A stretch of DNA of 64,000 nucleotides from Chiloscyllium plagiosum (Eukaryota): positions 2,189,750-2,253,749 of the forward strand of contig NC_057752.1 in assembly GCF_004010195.1 (NCBI RefSeq), written 5' to 3'. Every line of letters begins with the position of its first letter. Position 1 is the first letter of the stretch. This document shows positions 37,917 through 51,229 of this stretch, piece after piece. The notes below the pieces were generated by a model that saw only the letters and a list, made by a program, of their open reading frames with translations, was not told the origin of the DNA and ran no database searches. The position numbers were made by a program, and so were the translations under genes.

Positions 37917-38387
37917 GTGCTGAACCTGTTCCTGGCCTTGTTGCTGAGCTCTTTCAGTGCTGATAACCTTGCAGCGACTGATGATGATGGTGAGATCAAC
38001 AACCTTCAGTTGTCTGTGATTAGGATCAAGAAGGGAATCGCCTTCATGAAGGCCTATGGGCATGCATTTGTTCAAAAACATTTTAAGAGCAAAGATGCAG
38101 ATGAGGCCAAACCACTAGATGAGCTTATAGACAAAAAGGTGAACTACATTGGAAACCATACCGGTGCTGACATCAACCGAGAAATGGACTACCAAAAGAA
38201 TGGCAATGGCACCACCAGTGGCATTGGGAGCAGTGTGGAAAAGTACATTATTGATGACGACCATAATTCCTTTATCCACAATCCTAATCTTACTGTCAGA
38301 GTTCCAATAGCAGTTGGGGAGTCAGACTTTGAAAACCTAAATACTGAAGACTTCAGCAGCGAATCTGAAGTTGGTGGGAGCAAAGAG
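37917..38387 (+). CDS. SCN8A: Nav1.6 exon, end of DII S6 and II-III loop with ankyrin-G binding motif (471 nt)
   Basis: ccatag|GTG...GAG|gtagga. [26 protein letters not shown]...KPLDEL..KK.N.I.NHTGADI...[21 protein letters not shown]...[24 protein letters not shown]. The loop sequence is diagnostic for Nav1.6. Confidence 0.97.
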
Positions 38388-39944
38388 GTAGGAAGGCATA
38401 TTCGTAGTTCTTGGCTGTGATCATTGCTTTTTTTTTGTTGTCAAACTACCAGTCAACATTCAGTAATTCAGCTGAATATACCAGAGGCTGAACATCAGAG
38501 TGAGAAAATGCTTTCAGGCTAACCAATCCATTCCCCATCCCAAGCACCTTCTGTTTGAAAGGTCTACATTGAACATTTACGCATTTGACAGGATAGTCCA
38601 AATTTTTTCTGTCTGATCTGTAGCCTAAGTTTTAACCATGCCAATTTCACTGCTGAAGGAGTGGAGAAATTAATTTCAGACGAATGCATTAAGAATCATT
38701 TTATAACCTTTTTTAACATTTGGTTTTTGAAGGTTGAAGTTTTTATTTTCCCTCAGTGACAATGCTCCAAAACATTCTGGGAATGTTCACTGTTCAGACC
38801 AGTCATCTTGAGGAAGAATAAGATTCTAGCCCTGAAAAGATTCCAGAACTTAATAAGTAAGTGAGAAACTGGAATTTAGTTTCAGGATAACCACTAGTGG
38901 CACATTTTCAGCCAGTGCAGCAACAGGCACATAAGGGCAGTACATGCCTGACTAGGGGCATGACATAGGAGAGAGAGAGAGAGTTGAGATTAGTTGAGCT
39001 GTTGCCTGCACCATGTCATGGAGAAATATCTGAGCCTACTTGAGCTAGCCAGATGTGAGGGGATGTCCTCAGAAAGCATGTTTGGCTGAGAACCGAGACT
39101 AACATAAGCATGAGTTGAGCAAGGGCTCTGTTTTGACAATTGAAGTTGATCTTGACTTTGTTTGATTGACAATTCTATGCGGTTTTAAAACATTGTTCTT
39201 TCTGTGATCACTTTCGTCAAAGTCTCATGTTTATTTGGACAAGGTCAAGGGATGCTAACTGTTTGAAACTCTGTTGATACTTAATGGTCTGTCTGATTGA
39301 AACTTTCATTGAATTGTAAAGAACAAAGGAACACTTACCATTGTTAATATATCAGCTCGTTGGATCTATACTTAGTACATCCTAAATAATTGAGCATGGA
39401 AGGGGATTAAGTTCTCATAGAGAGTATGGGGGAATCATGAAGAGTGGCAGAGGTGGCATTGGGTTGACATGGGGGATGTGAGAGGCACGGGGAACAACTG
39501 AGGGGTGTGGGTAGAACTCTTTAAACTTACTTTTCAAAAGGTTGCATAAATCATAAATCCAGACTATGGTTCGTGACTTCTTTGAGCAGCCAGTGCCCAC
39601 AAATTGTGGAGAAGCTGGGTGACTCCATTGAAATTGTGAGAGAGCTTGGGAGTTGTTAGGAGATCAAGAAGATGCCTACCTGTACAAAGGAGCCAGCCAG
39701 GTCAGCAGTGCAGGGACTATGTGCATCAGTTTAAAATAACTCTGCAATAACCTGGCCATAGAGGCCAAAACAACATTTGACCCCATTGACTAAAATAACA
39801 AACCATGATGCAGCAGGCTTCCACTGGAGCTGACAACCACTAGGTCAGGATTGCCAGTTAAATTTTACAAGGAATAACACTTAAAGAAAAGATGAAAGGG
39901 AGGAGGATAGTAGCAACTGTTGTTAGAATACTGAATGGACTCAC

Positions 39945-40082
39945 AAACTCTTAACATTTGCCTGTACCTGTGTTTTTGTTTTTGTCACTGTTTACCTGTT
40001 ATTTCCTTATCTATGCCTGTATTGCTGGCAAGAGAAAGCTTTTCACTGTGCCTCGGTACACGTGACAATAAATTCAATTCAA
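39945..40082 (+). mobile_element. LINE 3' tail fragment (family unassigned)
   Basis: aaagcttttcactgtgcctcggtacacgtgacaataaa followed by a (ttcaa)n microsatellite tail. Confidence 0.5.
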
Positions 40083-40324
40083 TAACTAGAAACAAATTAA
40101 TACTATTAAAGAAGAAAACAGTTAAGTGGCTGAAATAGCATCCCTACTGGAGGGGGAATTAAATGTTTGAATGGTTTGCTCAGCATTTAGTAATTAAAGA
40201 GCCAGATTGCAGGGATTCAAAGTAATTGCTTGAGGAGAAAGAAATGGTGCAGATTTGATGGGTTGAACAGCCAATTTCTGTCCTATAATATTGCATCAGT
40301 TTGACTTTTTCTGAATGCAGTTTT

Positions 40325-40891
40325 AGGAGAAAGTGAGGACTGCAGGTGCTGGAGAGTCAGAGTTGATAAAGCATGGCACTGGAAAAGCAGAGCAGGTCAG
40401 GCAGCATCCAAGGAGCGAGAGAGCCAACGTTTCAGGCAGGACCTTTCTTCAGGACTGGGGAGGTGGAAGGGGGCTGAGAGATAAATGGGGGGACATGGGG
40501 CTAGAGGAAAGGTAGGTAGAATGGCAATAAATGGGCGAAGGTAGGAAGTGAATGCGATAGGCCGTTGGAAAGAGTGGAGCGAATATGTGGGAAGGAAGAT
40601 GGACAGGTAGGTCAGGTCAAGAGGGCGGATCTGAGTCAGAGGGTTGGATCTGGAATGGGGTTGGAAGGAGGTGAGATTTGTAAAATGGTGAATTCAATAT
40701 TCATGCCATATGGATGTCGGCTCCTCATCTTTCCCTCGCCCCACACCGTCCCACCAACCCCCATTTATCTGTCAGCCCCCTTCCCCATCCCCATTCCTGA
40801 AGAAGGGTCCTGCCCGAAACATTGACTCTCCTGCTCCTCAGATGCTGCCTGACCTGCTCTGCTTTTCCAGCACCACACTTTATCAACTCTC
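40325..40891. mobile_element. PLE-derived element with inverted terminal repeats and 11-bp TSD
   Basis: Left arm (about 40358-40455) and right arm (about 40796-40890) are approximate reverse complements. AATGCAGTTTT at 40314-40324 and 40892-40902. Confidence 0.8.
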
Positions 40892-41069
40892 AATGCAGTT
40901 TTGCCCAGCTCTCAAGTGCCAGTTGGATTAATCATTAACCATCATGCTAGAATAAATTGCAATTGTCTGGTCTTTTCTAATAGTTTTGACTGAAACTAGG
41001 GTGTCAATTTTAACCCCATGCAGATTTAAAAAGACAGGAGCAGTGCCAAATTTCAAGCCTGGGATGTTA

Positions 41070-41895
41070 AACAGATTATGATCTGAACGGTGTTAGATTG
41101 AGAAAGGGGAATGTGCAATAAGACCTGGGTGTCTTTGCACACCAATCGCTGAAATTAGACATTGCAGGTGCAGCAGGCGGCGAAGAAGGCAAATAGTATG
41201 TTGGCCTTCATAGTGAGGAGCAGGAAGGTCTTGCTGCTATTGTACAGGAGTCTTGGTGAGACCACCCCTGGAGTACTGTGTGCAGTTTTGGTCTCCTTAT
41301 CTGAGGAAGGATGTTCTGGTGATGGAGAGTTTATCAGACTGATTCCTGGGATGACATATGAAGAGAGACTGAAATAGGACTATTTTCACTGGAGTTTAGA
41401 AGAATGAGGGGGTGGATCTCATGGAAACCTATAAACTTCTAACAGGACTAGACAAGGTAAACATAGGAAGGATGTTCCTCATGACCATGGTGTCCAAAAT
41501 CAGGGATTGCAATCTAAGGATATGGGGAAGGGCATTTAGGACTGAGATGAGGAGAAATTATTTCACCCAGAGAGTGATGAGCCTATGAAATTCTCTGCCA
41601 TAGAAAGCAGTTGAGGCCAAAATATTGAAAGTTTTCAGAGAAGGAGTTAGATTGAGTTCAAAACAAACACAGAGTACACTGTAGAAACTCAGCAGGACTG
41701 GCATCATCTGTGGGGAGAGAAACAGTTAATGTTTCCAGTCCAGTATGCTTCTTCTTCAGAACTGAAAGAATGTCAGGATATGGGGAGAAGGTAGAAACAG
41801 GAACTGAATTGGACAATCAGCCATGTGCTTATTGAATAACAGAGCAGGCTGAAAGGGCTGAATTTCTTACTTCTCCTCATTGCTGCATTTCTATG
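41070..41895 (+). mobile_element. CR1 LINE 3' fragment with a nested PLE terminal repeat (about 41660-41765)
   Basis: QVQQAAKKANSMLAFI...LLLYRSL...LEYCVQFWSP-like frames and a CR1 tail. The nested gaaactcagcaggactggcatcatctgtggggagagaaacagttaatgtttc resembles the 24365 element. Confidence 0.8.
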
Positions 41896-42540
41896 TTTAA
41901 TTCCCTGGGGCTCATTTGATTGCTCATTGCTCCAATTCCCGCTCCAAAATAGGCAGCATTAGGGTGCAGACTGGCTCAAAGTGTGGTGGGGCTCCTTGCA
42001 CGTGAGGATGATGGTGAATATTTGGAGACCTGGTAGAAATAGGGGAGTCTGTAGTTGATGAGTGAAGCTCCTCCTGTGAGGCCTCACAATGCTTGTCCAG
42101 CTGACCCCCACATAGACACATTTGACAATTGCTTTGGAGACCTCTTCTGTCTCCAAAGCCAGCTACAGACCAGTTTTAAGGAGCTACCTCATCTGATTAC
42201 AAAATCCAAAATACTGTGAACAGGTAACTTGTGATGCGATAGTAATGTCTCTACCTCTGGGCCAGGAGGCTTAGGTTCAAGTCCCAGCTGCTCCAGAGAT
42301 GTATCATGGCATGTCCCAACAGGTTGATGAAATTGCTACCTGCTTGTCTTCACTACCTGCCTAGTCTCTGCCAGCTACCTTGGAGAGTGATTTTAATCCT
42401 GCATCTATGTCATGCTTAGAAAAATCTTTGCTGGGAATTACAGGGAATTTAGAGCTGTAGCATCTGTTGGTGGTTTTCCACCAAGTGCTTTTGTTGTACA
42501 AAGTCTGGCAGAGGTTTCTTGTAAATGCTCTATCTCTGCT

Positions 42541-42810
42541 AAGGTGAGAGGAGAAAGATTTAAGAAGGAACTGAGGGACAACTTCTTCATGCAGAGAGTG
42601 TGTGTGTATGGAATGGGCTGCCAGAAAATATGGTTGAGGTCATACAATGCTTTAAAAAGCATTTGGATAGATACATGAATGGGAAGAGTTTAGAGGGATA
42701 TGGACCAAATGCAAACAATTGGAACTAGCTGAGCGGGCACCATGGTCAGTATGGGCCAGTTTGGGCCGAAGGGCCTATTTCCTTGCTGTTTTACTCTATG
42801 ACTCTGTGAC
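42541..42810 (+). mobile_element. CR1 LINE 3' fragment
   Basis: KVRGERFKKELRDNFFMQRV, with a tail gggccgaagggcctatttcc...ctctatgactctgtgactct. Confidence 0.8.
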
Positions 42811-44597
42811 TCTAAGTGTTTGATAGCGCAGTATTTAAAGAACCTCAAATTCATATAGAATGAAAGCCTAATCAAAGTATCTAAAATTATTCAAAGTCAA
42901 GAGTGGACTAGAGGTCTTGTGGTGCAGTGCCTCTGAGCTAGAAGCTCTATGTTCCAGTAGTGGCTGCTGAGGTGCTGTGCCTTTGGACAGAGGACTGAAT
43001 AAAAGAAGGTGAGGTGGCCAAGAAGCCCAATTCCCTTTCAATATGGGGTCCATAACCAGGGGCATAGATTTCAGGGAAGAGGTTTCAAGGGCATTCAAGC
43101 AGAAAGACTTTGACCCGGAGGTAAATGGGAATCGAGAACATACTGCCTGAAGGGTTGATAGAGGCAGGGATCCTCATAAAAAGGGCTTGGAGCTGTACTT
43201 GAGATAGCATGGCCTACAGGGTTACAGACCCCAAGAGTGAAACATGGCATTAGGTTGAAAGGATCTTTGTCAACTTGTACAGACATGGTGGGCCAAATCG
43301 GCATATTTCATAAAGTAAATTCAATGATATTAGATAAGATGCTGCTTTATCTTAGATCTTGAAATATTTGACACCACAGATGCGGTAGAGAATTTTTAAA
43401 TCATTGGTGAATGTGAGGGACAGCAACAGTGGTCAATTGTGTTTCTTTTTTTCTATACACTTATCAGTATCACCAAAGGTTTTCAAAATGGGGAGCATCA
43501 GATCAGGCCCTTCCTTAGTCCTGTTCCTTTGACAAATGGTCTTGTTTTGCTTTGCTAAACATTTTGATGTAAAAAGCTAATTATCTTCCAAAACGTTTTT
43601 TCAGTTGGTTTATTTCCACAAAGGGTGTTAATACCCAATGGTTACTGTCACTCTTCTGGGTAGCAACTTGAGTGGATGTTTGGTACGGACTGTGGAAAAA
43701 TGTCAAAAATGGGTATTTGTGCGATTTTCCCAGGGTTTTGTTTACCGTGAGTGAACAATCTGAGATTTCTGGTCAGAAATATGAAAAATAGGAGTGGGAG
43801 TAGGTCATTCAGCCCTTCAAGCCTGCTCCATTAGTCAATCAGATAATAGCTGGTCATCCACTTCAGTACCCTGTTCTTGCTTTCTCCCCATATCCTTTGA
43901 TCCCTTTAGCTTTCCGAACAATATCCAATTCCTTCTTGAAAATGTTTCAGAGACATTTTTCCATTTGTTGCTTACAAACCCTGTTGTGTTGCTTGATAGC
44001 TTAAATATTTGCCAAACATTTTCAAAGTTGTAGTCTCTGAAATTTTGAATTTTGTTATGCCACTCTGAATGTCTTGTGATGAAACTGTTGGATAGTTTCA
44101 AGATCTTCAGAAACAGGAAGAATAAGTGGAAGACTATAAAGGCGGGCAAAGTTCCTGGGGGTCCAGTGTTCACAAGTGGCATCAGGGTGCCAGTTTGGTG
44201 CCCAATTACATGCAGAAGAGGCATGATTTTGATGGTCTTTATCAATAGCCACCAATCACGCTGCCTTTCTCACTGCTAAAGCTGCTTCCCCTGGAAATTC
44301 TTAATTGTCTATGCTGGCTGCAAAGCATGAGGAAACACATGTCCCCTTTCCCCAAATGCTGCATTATTCACTTAATTGCCACACCAAAACAAATTGAATC
44401 ACCAATGCAGAGCAAGATTCACTTATATTACACTGAAATGGAAAAAACTCAAATAGATTTAAGAGTGTGCATTGAGGAGCGGGATGGTTTAAGTTAAATA
44501 GGGGATAAAGTGAGAGAGATCCATTTCCTGGTCCAAAGTGTACTCCTGGTGCCACAAAGCAAAGCTTTGAACTGGCTGCATCTCCCCTGTCAAGTCC

Positions 44598-45130
44598 TGT
44601 CAGAATTGTATATGTTTCAATAAGGTCACCTTTCATACTTCTCAACTTCAATGAGTACACACTCAACCTACTCAACCTCTCCTCATAAGACAGTCCCTCC
44701 ATACCCTTGAATATATTTAATGACCCAGCCTCAACAGCTCTCTGCTGTAAAGAATTCCACAGATTCACGGCCATCTGAGAGAAGAAATTCCTCCTCATCT
44801 TGCTTCAGTGTGGGACCCCTTATTCTGAGATGATGCTCTCTGGTCCTAGACTGTCCCATAAGGGGAAAACAACCTTTTAGCATCTACCCTGTCAAGTCCT
44901 CTAAGAATTTTATATATGTCAATAATGTTGCCTCTCATTCTTCTATATTCCAATTAGTCCAGAGGCAATGTACTCATAAGACAGTCCCTCCACACCTGGA
45001 ATCAGCCCAGTGAACCTTCTCTGGACTGCCTCCAATATCAGCATATCTTTCCTTCAATAAGGGCTCATAATTGTTCGGTTATGGTTTGACTGCTACCATG
45101 TATCATTTTAGCAAGATTTCCCTATTTTTA
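44598..45130 (-). mobile_element. Rearranged CR1 LINE fragments
   Basis: ORF 44364-44798 minus joins MRRNFFSQMAVNLWNSL to EGLSYEERLSRLSVYSLKLRSMKGDLIETYTIL, which is out of normal CR1 order and implies two pieces. Confidence 0.75.
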
Positions 45131-46069
45131 TACCATCTGTTTATTGCCAAATGTTAGCCCCATTGCCCTCCTTCCAAAGATGCTCAAGGGCATCCAATTT
45201 TCCACCAGCTTCCCACTGTTTTCCAGCTGGATTTAAATGATGCCTGGTGTTCAAATAACCCAGGCTTTCTTTCATGAGCAGTAAGTCTGTTTTCAACTCA
45301 CTCTACTGCTCACCTGCCCAGAGTTAAGCCTTTATCTCTATGTTGTCCATTAATGAAGTGGCATTATTGCTTTAAGACTTTTAACCCTTACAGTACTAAA
45401 CCAGTACGTAGAATAAAAATGTAATACCATAAATGAATTATTACAAGCTGTGTCACTTCAGACAAGAGAGTCGAGGTGGGAAGTATATCCTCAATAATGT
45501 AACTGACAGTGGAATAAAATGGCAACTTCTGTATACTGCATGTACTTCAGAATCCCCATCAATAATGATCATGCATTATTGTGATAGCACTCTTTCATCA
45601 ACCTCAATAGATGAATATCTGAACAAGATATCTTTCATGTCCCCTTCCTTTTCCATGTTTCCTTTAGCATGCTATCAAGGGATTTGAAATTTCATGTGCA
45701 AACTTAGTAAAAAATGCATCATTGGCTAATCATCTTCCTTAAAGCAAGCAACAAAGTAAATTATGGGAATACAACAATGATGGGCAGGACAAGACCTTGA
45801 TCTGTTCAGCTCCAAGGAATAGTTTGTCACAAAAGATTGACTTGCCATACCAATTGAAGCTGTATGGACTTCCAAAGTGCCTGAATGTGTTTATTATTGC
45901 TGTTTCACAGGAACAAAGTATATTGTTGTGTCAAAGACAATAATTCCACAGTGAAAGTACACTATGTATCCAGACACTTTGGTATATTTTGAACTTTGAG
46001 GCCTCAGCGTCCAGCAGTTTGGCAATTATGCGGAAAGTTGGGATTGTCAGTGCAAAATATCTAAAGGAC

Positions 46070-46500
46070 ATTTGAGTTATAATGAAAGGCTGGATAGACT
46101 GGGACTTGTTTCACAGGAGCTTAGGAGGTTGACAGGCAACCTGATAGAAATGTATAAAATAATAAGGGGTATGAATAGAGTTATTGTCTTTTCCCTGGGA
46201 TGGAAGATTTCAAGAGCAGGGCACTCATTTTTAAGGTGAGAGGAGAAAGATTTTAAAAAGACATGAGATGGAAATTTTTGACACAGAGTGGTTTGTGTAT
46301 GGAAAGAACTTCCTGAGGAAGTGGTGAATGCAGATACAATTACACCGTTTAAAAGATATTTTGATAAGTACCTGAACAGGAAAGGTTTGGAGGGATATGG
46401 GCCAGGAGCAAGTAGGTGGGAGTAGTTTAGTTTGGGATTATGTTCGACATGGACTAGTTGGACGGAAGGGTCTATTTCTGTGCTATATGACTCTAGGACT
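46070..46500 (+). mobile_element. CR1 LINE 3' fragment
   Basis: gaaaggctggatagactgggacttg...ttttaaggtgagaggagaaagatttt...gagggatatgggccaggagc and a CR1 tail. Confidence 0.8.
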
Positions 46501-47086
46501 CAGCTTATGACAACCAAAGGGATTGACTCTCCATCTTGACACCATCTTTTCCAGCATTTCTCTTTGATTTTCTGCAGAATGGAATAACTGCTGTGTAAAT
46601 TTAACCACATGATCTGTAAGACATCCTTCTTTGTATATATTTTTGCCTCAAGCATCGCAACTTTAAATAAAAAGAAACAGCCGCTCTTTCTTTTATTTCC
46701 CAAGGCGATGCTTTGGTCTTCAGCAATCAGAGACATTCCGCTTGTTTTAAAATGTATACAAAAGTTTGGCAGTTAACTGTCAGTCATCATTCGCAGGATC
46801 AGTCTTCATGGCAAAACCTCTACCAATTAACACTGACTTCATTTACAGTATAAAGATTATGACCCCTTTAAATTAAAACTCTTGTCAATTGTCTGGATGA
46901 GTGCATGTATCAACAAAATATGTCTTTTTCCAGAAATATCAAAAAAAAGTACTAAAAACTGATGGTCAGGACAAGATAGCATTGCGTATAAGTCTGTCTG
47001 CTTTTGTTGTGATGACATCTATTCCTTCAGCATTGCTTATGTTGTTATGGAGTTACCAATCATTCGCTTGTCTTATGAATTTGCAG

Positions 47087-47207
47087 AAACTGGATGATAC
47101 CAGCTCGTCGGAAGGAAGCACAATAGATATAAAGCCAGAAGGAGAAGAGGGCCCACCAGTAGAGCAACCTGAAGAGTACTTAGACCCTGAAGCATGCTTC
47201 ACTGATG
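47087..47207 (+). CDS. SCN8A: Nav1.6 II-III loop exon (121 nt, phase 0/1)
   Basis: ttgcag|AAA...GATG|gtaggg. [40 protein letters not shown]. Confidence 0.96.
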
Positions 47208-47384
47208 GTAGGGCCTGACTAAATGACATTGTGAAATCACAGTTAGCATTGCAAAAGATGAGTTGGGTTAGAATGACTTATACTGGGTGCAAGTCATGGA
47301 CAACTGATGTATTCTTCATGCTCTTTTTCTACAATAGATAAGAACTTAAGAAGGTAAAAACAATCTTTACCATCTAAAAGGTGC

Positions 47385-47710
47385 ACTGCAGAAATTCACC
47401 AAAGGTCCTTAGACAGCACGTTCCAAACCCATGACCACTTCCATCTAGAAGGACAAGGGTACCAGATACATGGGAACACCATCACCTGCAAGTTTCCCTC
47501 CAAGGAACTCACCATCCTGACTTGGGAATATATCACTGCTCCTTCAGTGTCGCTGGGTCAAAATCCTGGAACTCCCTCTCTAAGAGCATTGTGGGTCTAT
47601 CTACAGCATGTAGACTGCAGCTCACCAGCACCTTCTCAAGTGGCAACTAGGGACAGACAATAAATATTGGCCAGCCAGCAACACCCACATAGCATGAATG
47701 AATAAAAAAA
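47385..47710 (+). mobile_element. CR1/L2-group LINE 3' fragment
   Basis: Same family as 37110-37640; ends ggcaactagggacagacaataaatattggccagccagcaacacccacatagcatgaatgaataaaaa. Confidence 0.7.
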
Positions 47711-47920
47711 ATTTAAGTTAATCAGAAAGGGATGGTCTTGTTGGTCAAAATGTCCTTTCTCATTGTTGGATGAAATAATAATTGCTGAAAAGTGCGGATT
47801 CAGAAATTGCATTCTGTCTTTGAGCGAATTGGTCACCTTAGCTGAATATCATTGAGATAATTAACTGAGAAATTATCCCACCCCAATAGTCATTGAACCG
47901 TGTGTTTGCATTTTCCATAG

Positions 47921-48075
47921 GTTGTGTGCAACGCTTTAAATGTTGTCAAGTTAGTATTGAGGAAGGCTGGGGAAAACCATGGTGGACTTTGCGAAAGACC
48001 TGCTTCTTAATTGTGGAACATAACTGGTTTGAAACCTTCATTGTTTTCATGATTCTGCTCAGCAGTGGAGCTCTG
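47921..48075 (+). CDS. SCN8A: Nav1.6 exon, end of II-III loop and DIII S1 (155 nt, phase 1/0)
   Basis: ttccatag|GT...CTG|gtaagt. [52 protein letters not shown]. Confidence 0.97.
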
Positions 48076-48138
48076 GTAAGTCCTTGTAAAGTCGAGCAGC
48101 ATTTGCCTTGGGCATGACTGTACATTTATTGTCTTGTC

Positions 48139-49342
48139 ACTTAGCCAAATGAAAAGCAGAATTCTGAAGCTGAGTCTAATGCCCATTTTCTTTTGTTGTA
48201 GTTATATGCTGCCTGCATTTTCAGGTGTTTTATCTTCCTTTCAGTGCAAACTCTTTCTGGGATTCAGGTCCCATAGGTGCCAGGCACTGTTCAATTCTCT
48301 TAATGGTCATTTAACATGAGTGCATGTGAACAGCCTGTGGCCTCAATTGCAACTGAGCCTTCTCTTGTGGTCTTGTCCAAATCCAAGATTTTCCAGCAGC
48401 CTCCCTTTCCATCTGACCCTATCAGTATAATCTTAGTGAGAGATACTGGCACACTGGTAACAGCACCAGGCTAGTAATCCAAAGCACTGGGGACATGGGT
48501 TCAAATTTAATGAATAGATCTGGAATTGAAAGGTTGTCTCAGCAACAGTGACTATTGCTGTACGGGTATATCAGCTTATTACCCTGTCTGAACTGCTGGT
48601 CATGATGAAGGTTGCTGCCACCATCCTGTTTGAGTGTAGAAAACTACAGGCCTGTTCGGTCTCGTGTGGGAGAGGAAAACCACCTCCTCGTCCAACTAGA
48701 AGAGGCTCATGTAGTTCACAAGGTGTAGTTTATTGCATGTACTTAGCCAAATGAAAAGCAGAATTCTGAAGCTGAGTCTAATGCCCATTTTCTTTTGTTG
48801 TAGTTGTATGCTGCCTGCATTTTCAGGTGTTTTATCTTCCTTTCAGTGCAAACTCTTTCTGGGATTCAGGTTCCATAGGTGCCAGGCACTGTTCAATTCT
48901 CTTAATGGTCATTTAACATGAGTGCATGTGAACAGCCTGTGGCCTCCATTGCAACTGAGCCTTCTCTTGTGGTCTTGTCCAAATCCAAGATTTTCCAGCA
49001 GCCTCCCTTTCCATCTGACCCTATCAGTATAATCTTAGTGAGAGATACTGGCACACTGGTAACAGCACCAGGCTAGTAATCCAAAGCACTGGGGACATGG
49101 GTTCAAATTTAATGAATAGATCTGGAATTGAAAGGTTGTCTCAGCAACAGTGACTATTGCTGTACGGGTATATCAGCTTATTACCCTGTCTGAACTGCTG
49201 GTCATGATGAAGGTTGCTGCCACCATCCTGTTTGAGTGTAGAAAACTACAGGCCTGTTCGGTCTCGTGTGGGAGAGGAAAACCACCTCCTCGTCCAACTA
49301 GAAGAGGCTCATGTAGTTCACAAGGTGTAGTTTATTGCATGT
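48139..49342. repeat. Near-identical 602-bp tandem duplication
   Basis: Copies at 48139-48740 and 48741-49342. I see three substitutions by eye (gttatatg/gttgtatg, ggtcccat/ggttccat, ctcaattg/ctccattg). Duplicated ORFs appear in the track. Confidence 0.95.
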
Positions 49343-49404
49343 TGCAACATGTTACTGGCTACATTGATATTATAGACATTGTTCCAGAGACTTTGAAGAG
49401 GACC

Positions 49405-49885
49405 CAGACTGATTCCTGGGGTGGCAGAACTGACGTATGGAGAGAGACTGAATTGGATTAGGCCTATATTCACTGGAGTTTAGAAGAATTAGGGAGGGTC
49501 GCATAGAACCCTATAAAATTCCACCAGGACTAGACAGTATGGATGCAGGAAGGATGTTCCCAATGACTGGGGAGTCCAGAACCAGGGGGTCACAGTCTAA
49601 GGATCAGGGTAGGCCATTTAAGACTGAGATGAGGAGAAATGTCTTCACCCAGAGAGTGGGGAGCCTGTGGAATTCTCTGCCACAGGAAGCAGTTGAGGCC
49701 AAAACATTGAATGTTTTCAAGAAGGAGTTAGAGATAGTTCTTAGGTTTAAAGAGATTAAAAGGATGGAGGGAGAAAGCAGGAACAGGGGACTGAGTTGGA
49801 TGATCAGCCAGGATCATATTGAATGGGGGAGCAGAGTCAACAGGCCAAATGGCCTACTCCTGCTCCTATTTGCTAAGTTTCTATG
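49405..49885 (+). mobile_element. CR1 LINE 3' fragment
   Basis: ORF 49539-49889: DAGRMFPMTGESRTRG...FKTEMRRNVFTQRVGSLWNSLPQEAVEAKTLNVFKKEL. Confidence 0.85.
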
Positions 49886-50974
49886 TTAGGTGCCACTCCT
49901 TTGTCGAGCCCAGAATGATCTGCCCATAAGTTCACATGACATCATTATAGAAGTTGATGCTTATGACGTTCCTCAGTATTATCTCTGTCAAACCCATATA
50001 CAATAACCAGGGCAATATCTGGATGACTAATATCCTTTCAGGAAGGAAATGGCCATCTTGCCCAGTATGGCCTGGATGTGACTCCAGACCCAGAGCAATG
50101 TGGTTGACTTTGAACTACCTTCTTAAATCGCCTGGCATGACACTTGAGTTCAAGAGCAACAAATAATGGCTTTGCCAGTGATGCTAATCTCCCATGAAAG
50201 AGAGAAGTTTTTTCTTCCTCATGGATTGATCTGTCTTCCCCTTAAGTACATCAACACCATTCCCCTCGATTACTCCATGTGGAGACAGGTTATGCATCTT
50301 CTGGGGAAAGAGGTTTCTTCTGAATTCCCAATTGAATTTGTTAGTGACTATCTTCTCCTTAGGATCCCTAGTTCTGATCTTGCAGACAAATGGAAACTTT
50401 TCCATATCAAAGCTCTCCATAATCTTTAAGAACTTTAGGAGGTCAGTTTTAAGTTGTCTCTTTTCTGGAGAGAAGAGCCCCAGCCTATTCAGTCTTTCCT
50501 AATGGTTATTTATAGCCCCCTGGCTCTGCTGTAAGTTGAGTGAATCCTTTAATTAATCAAGCCAAATTTGTAAAGATAAAAATTATACCATTGCATGGCA
50601 TGATGGTATTAGCTGCAACATAGGTATGACTATGGATTCTTTACTAAATAGGTTTCAGGTTTAATCCCCAGGCTGTGCATCCAGTGTCTGAAGTTAGTGA
50701 GGGCAATTTGTGAAAGTATTACAGCAGTCTACCAGGACTGGGGAGAGGGGGTGCCAGCTTGGGTGACTCCAGCGGATTGTCTAGCATGGGAAGAAGAACC
50801 TGGGGCAAACTAAAATAACACCACAACATACACACACAATTTAATACAAGGCCAACAATCAAGAAATAAGGAAAAAAGGCCAGCCGATGTCTGAGGAGCC
50901 AAGCCTTGGCTCAAGACAGTGCATTTCGAAGAGATATTCTTTTGTTTCCAAGAACAATTGCTGTACAGTTTTAA

Positions 50975-51229
<255 letters not shown>

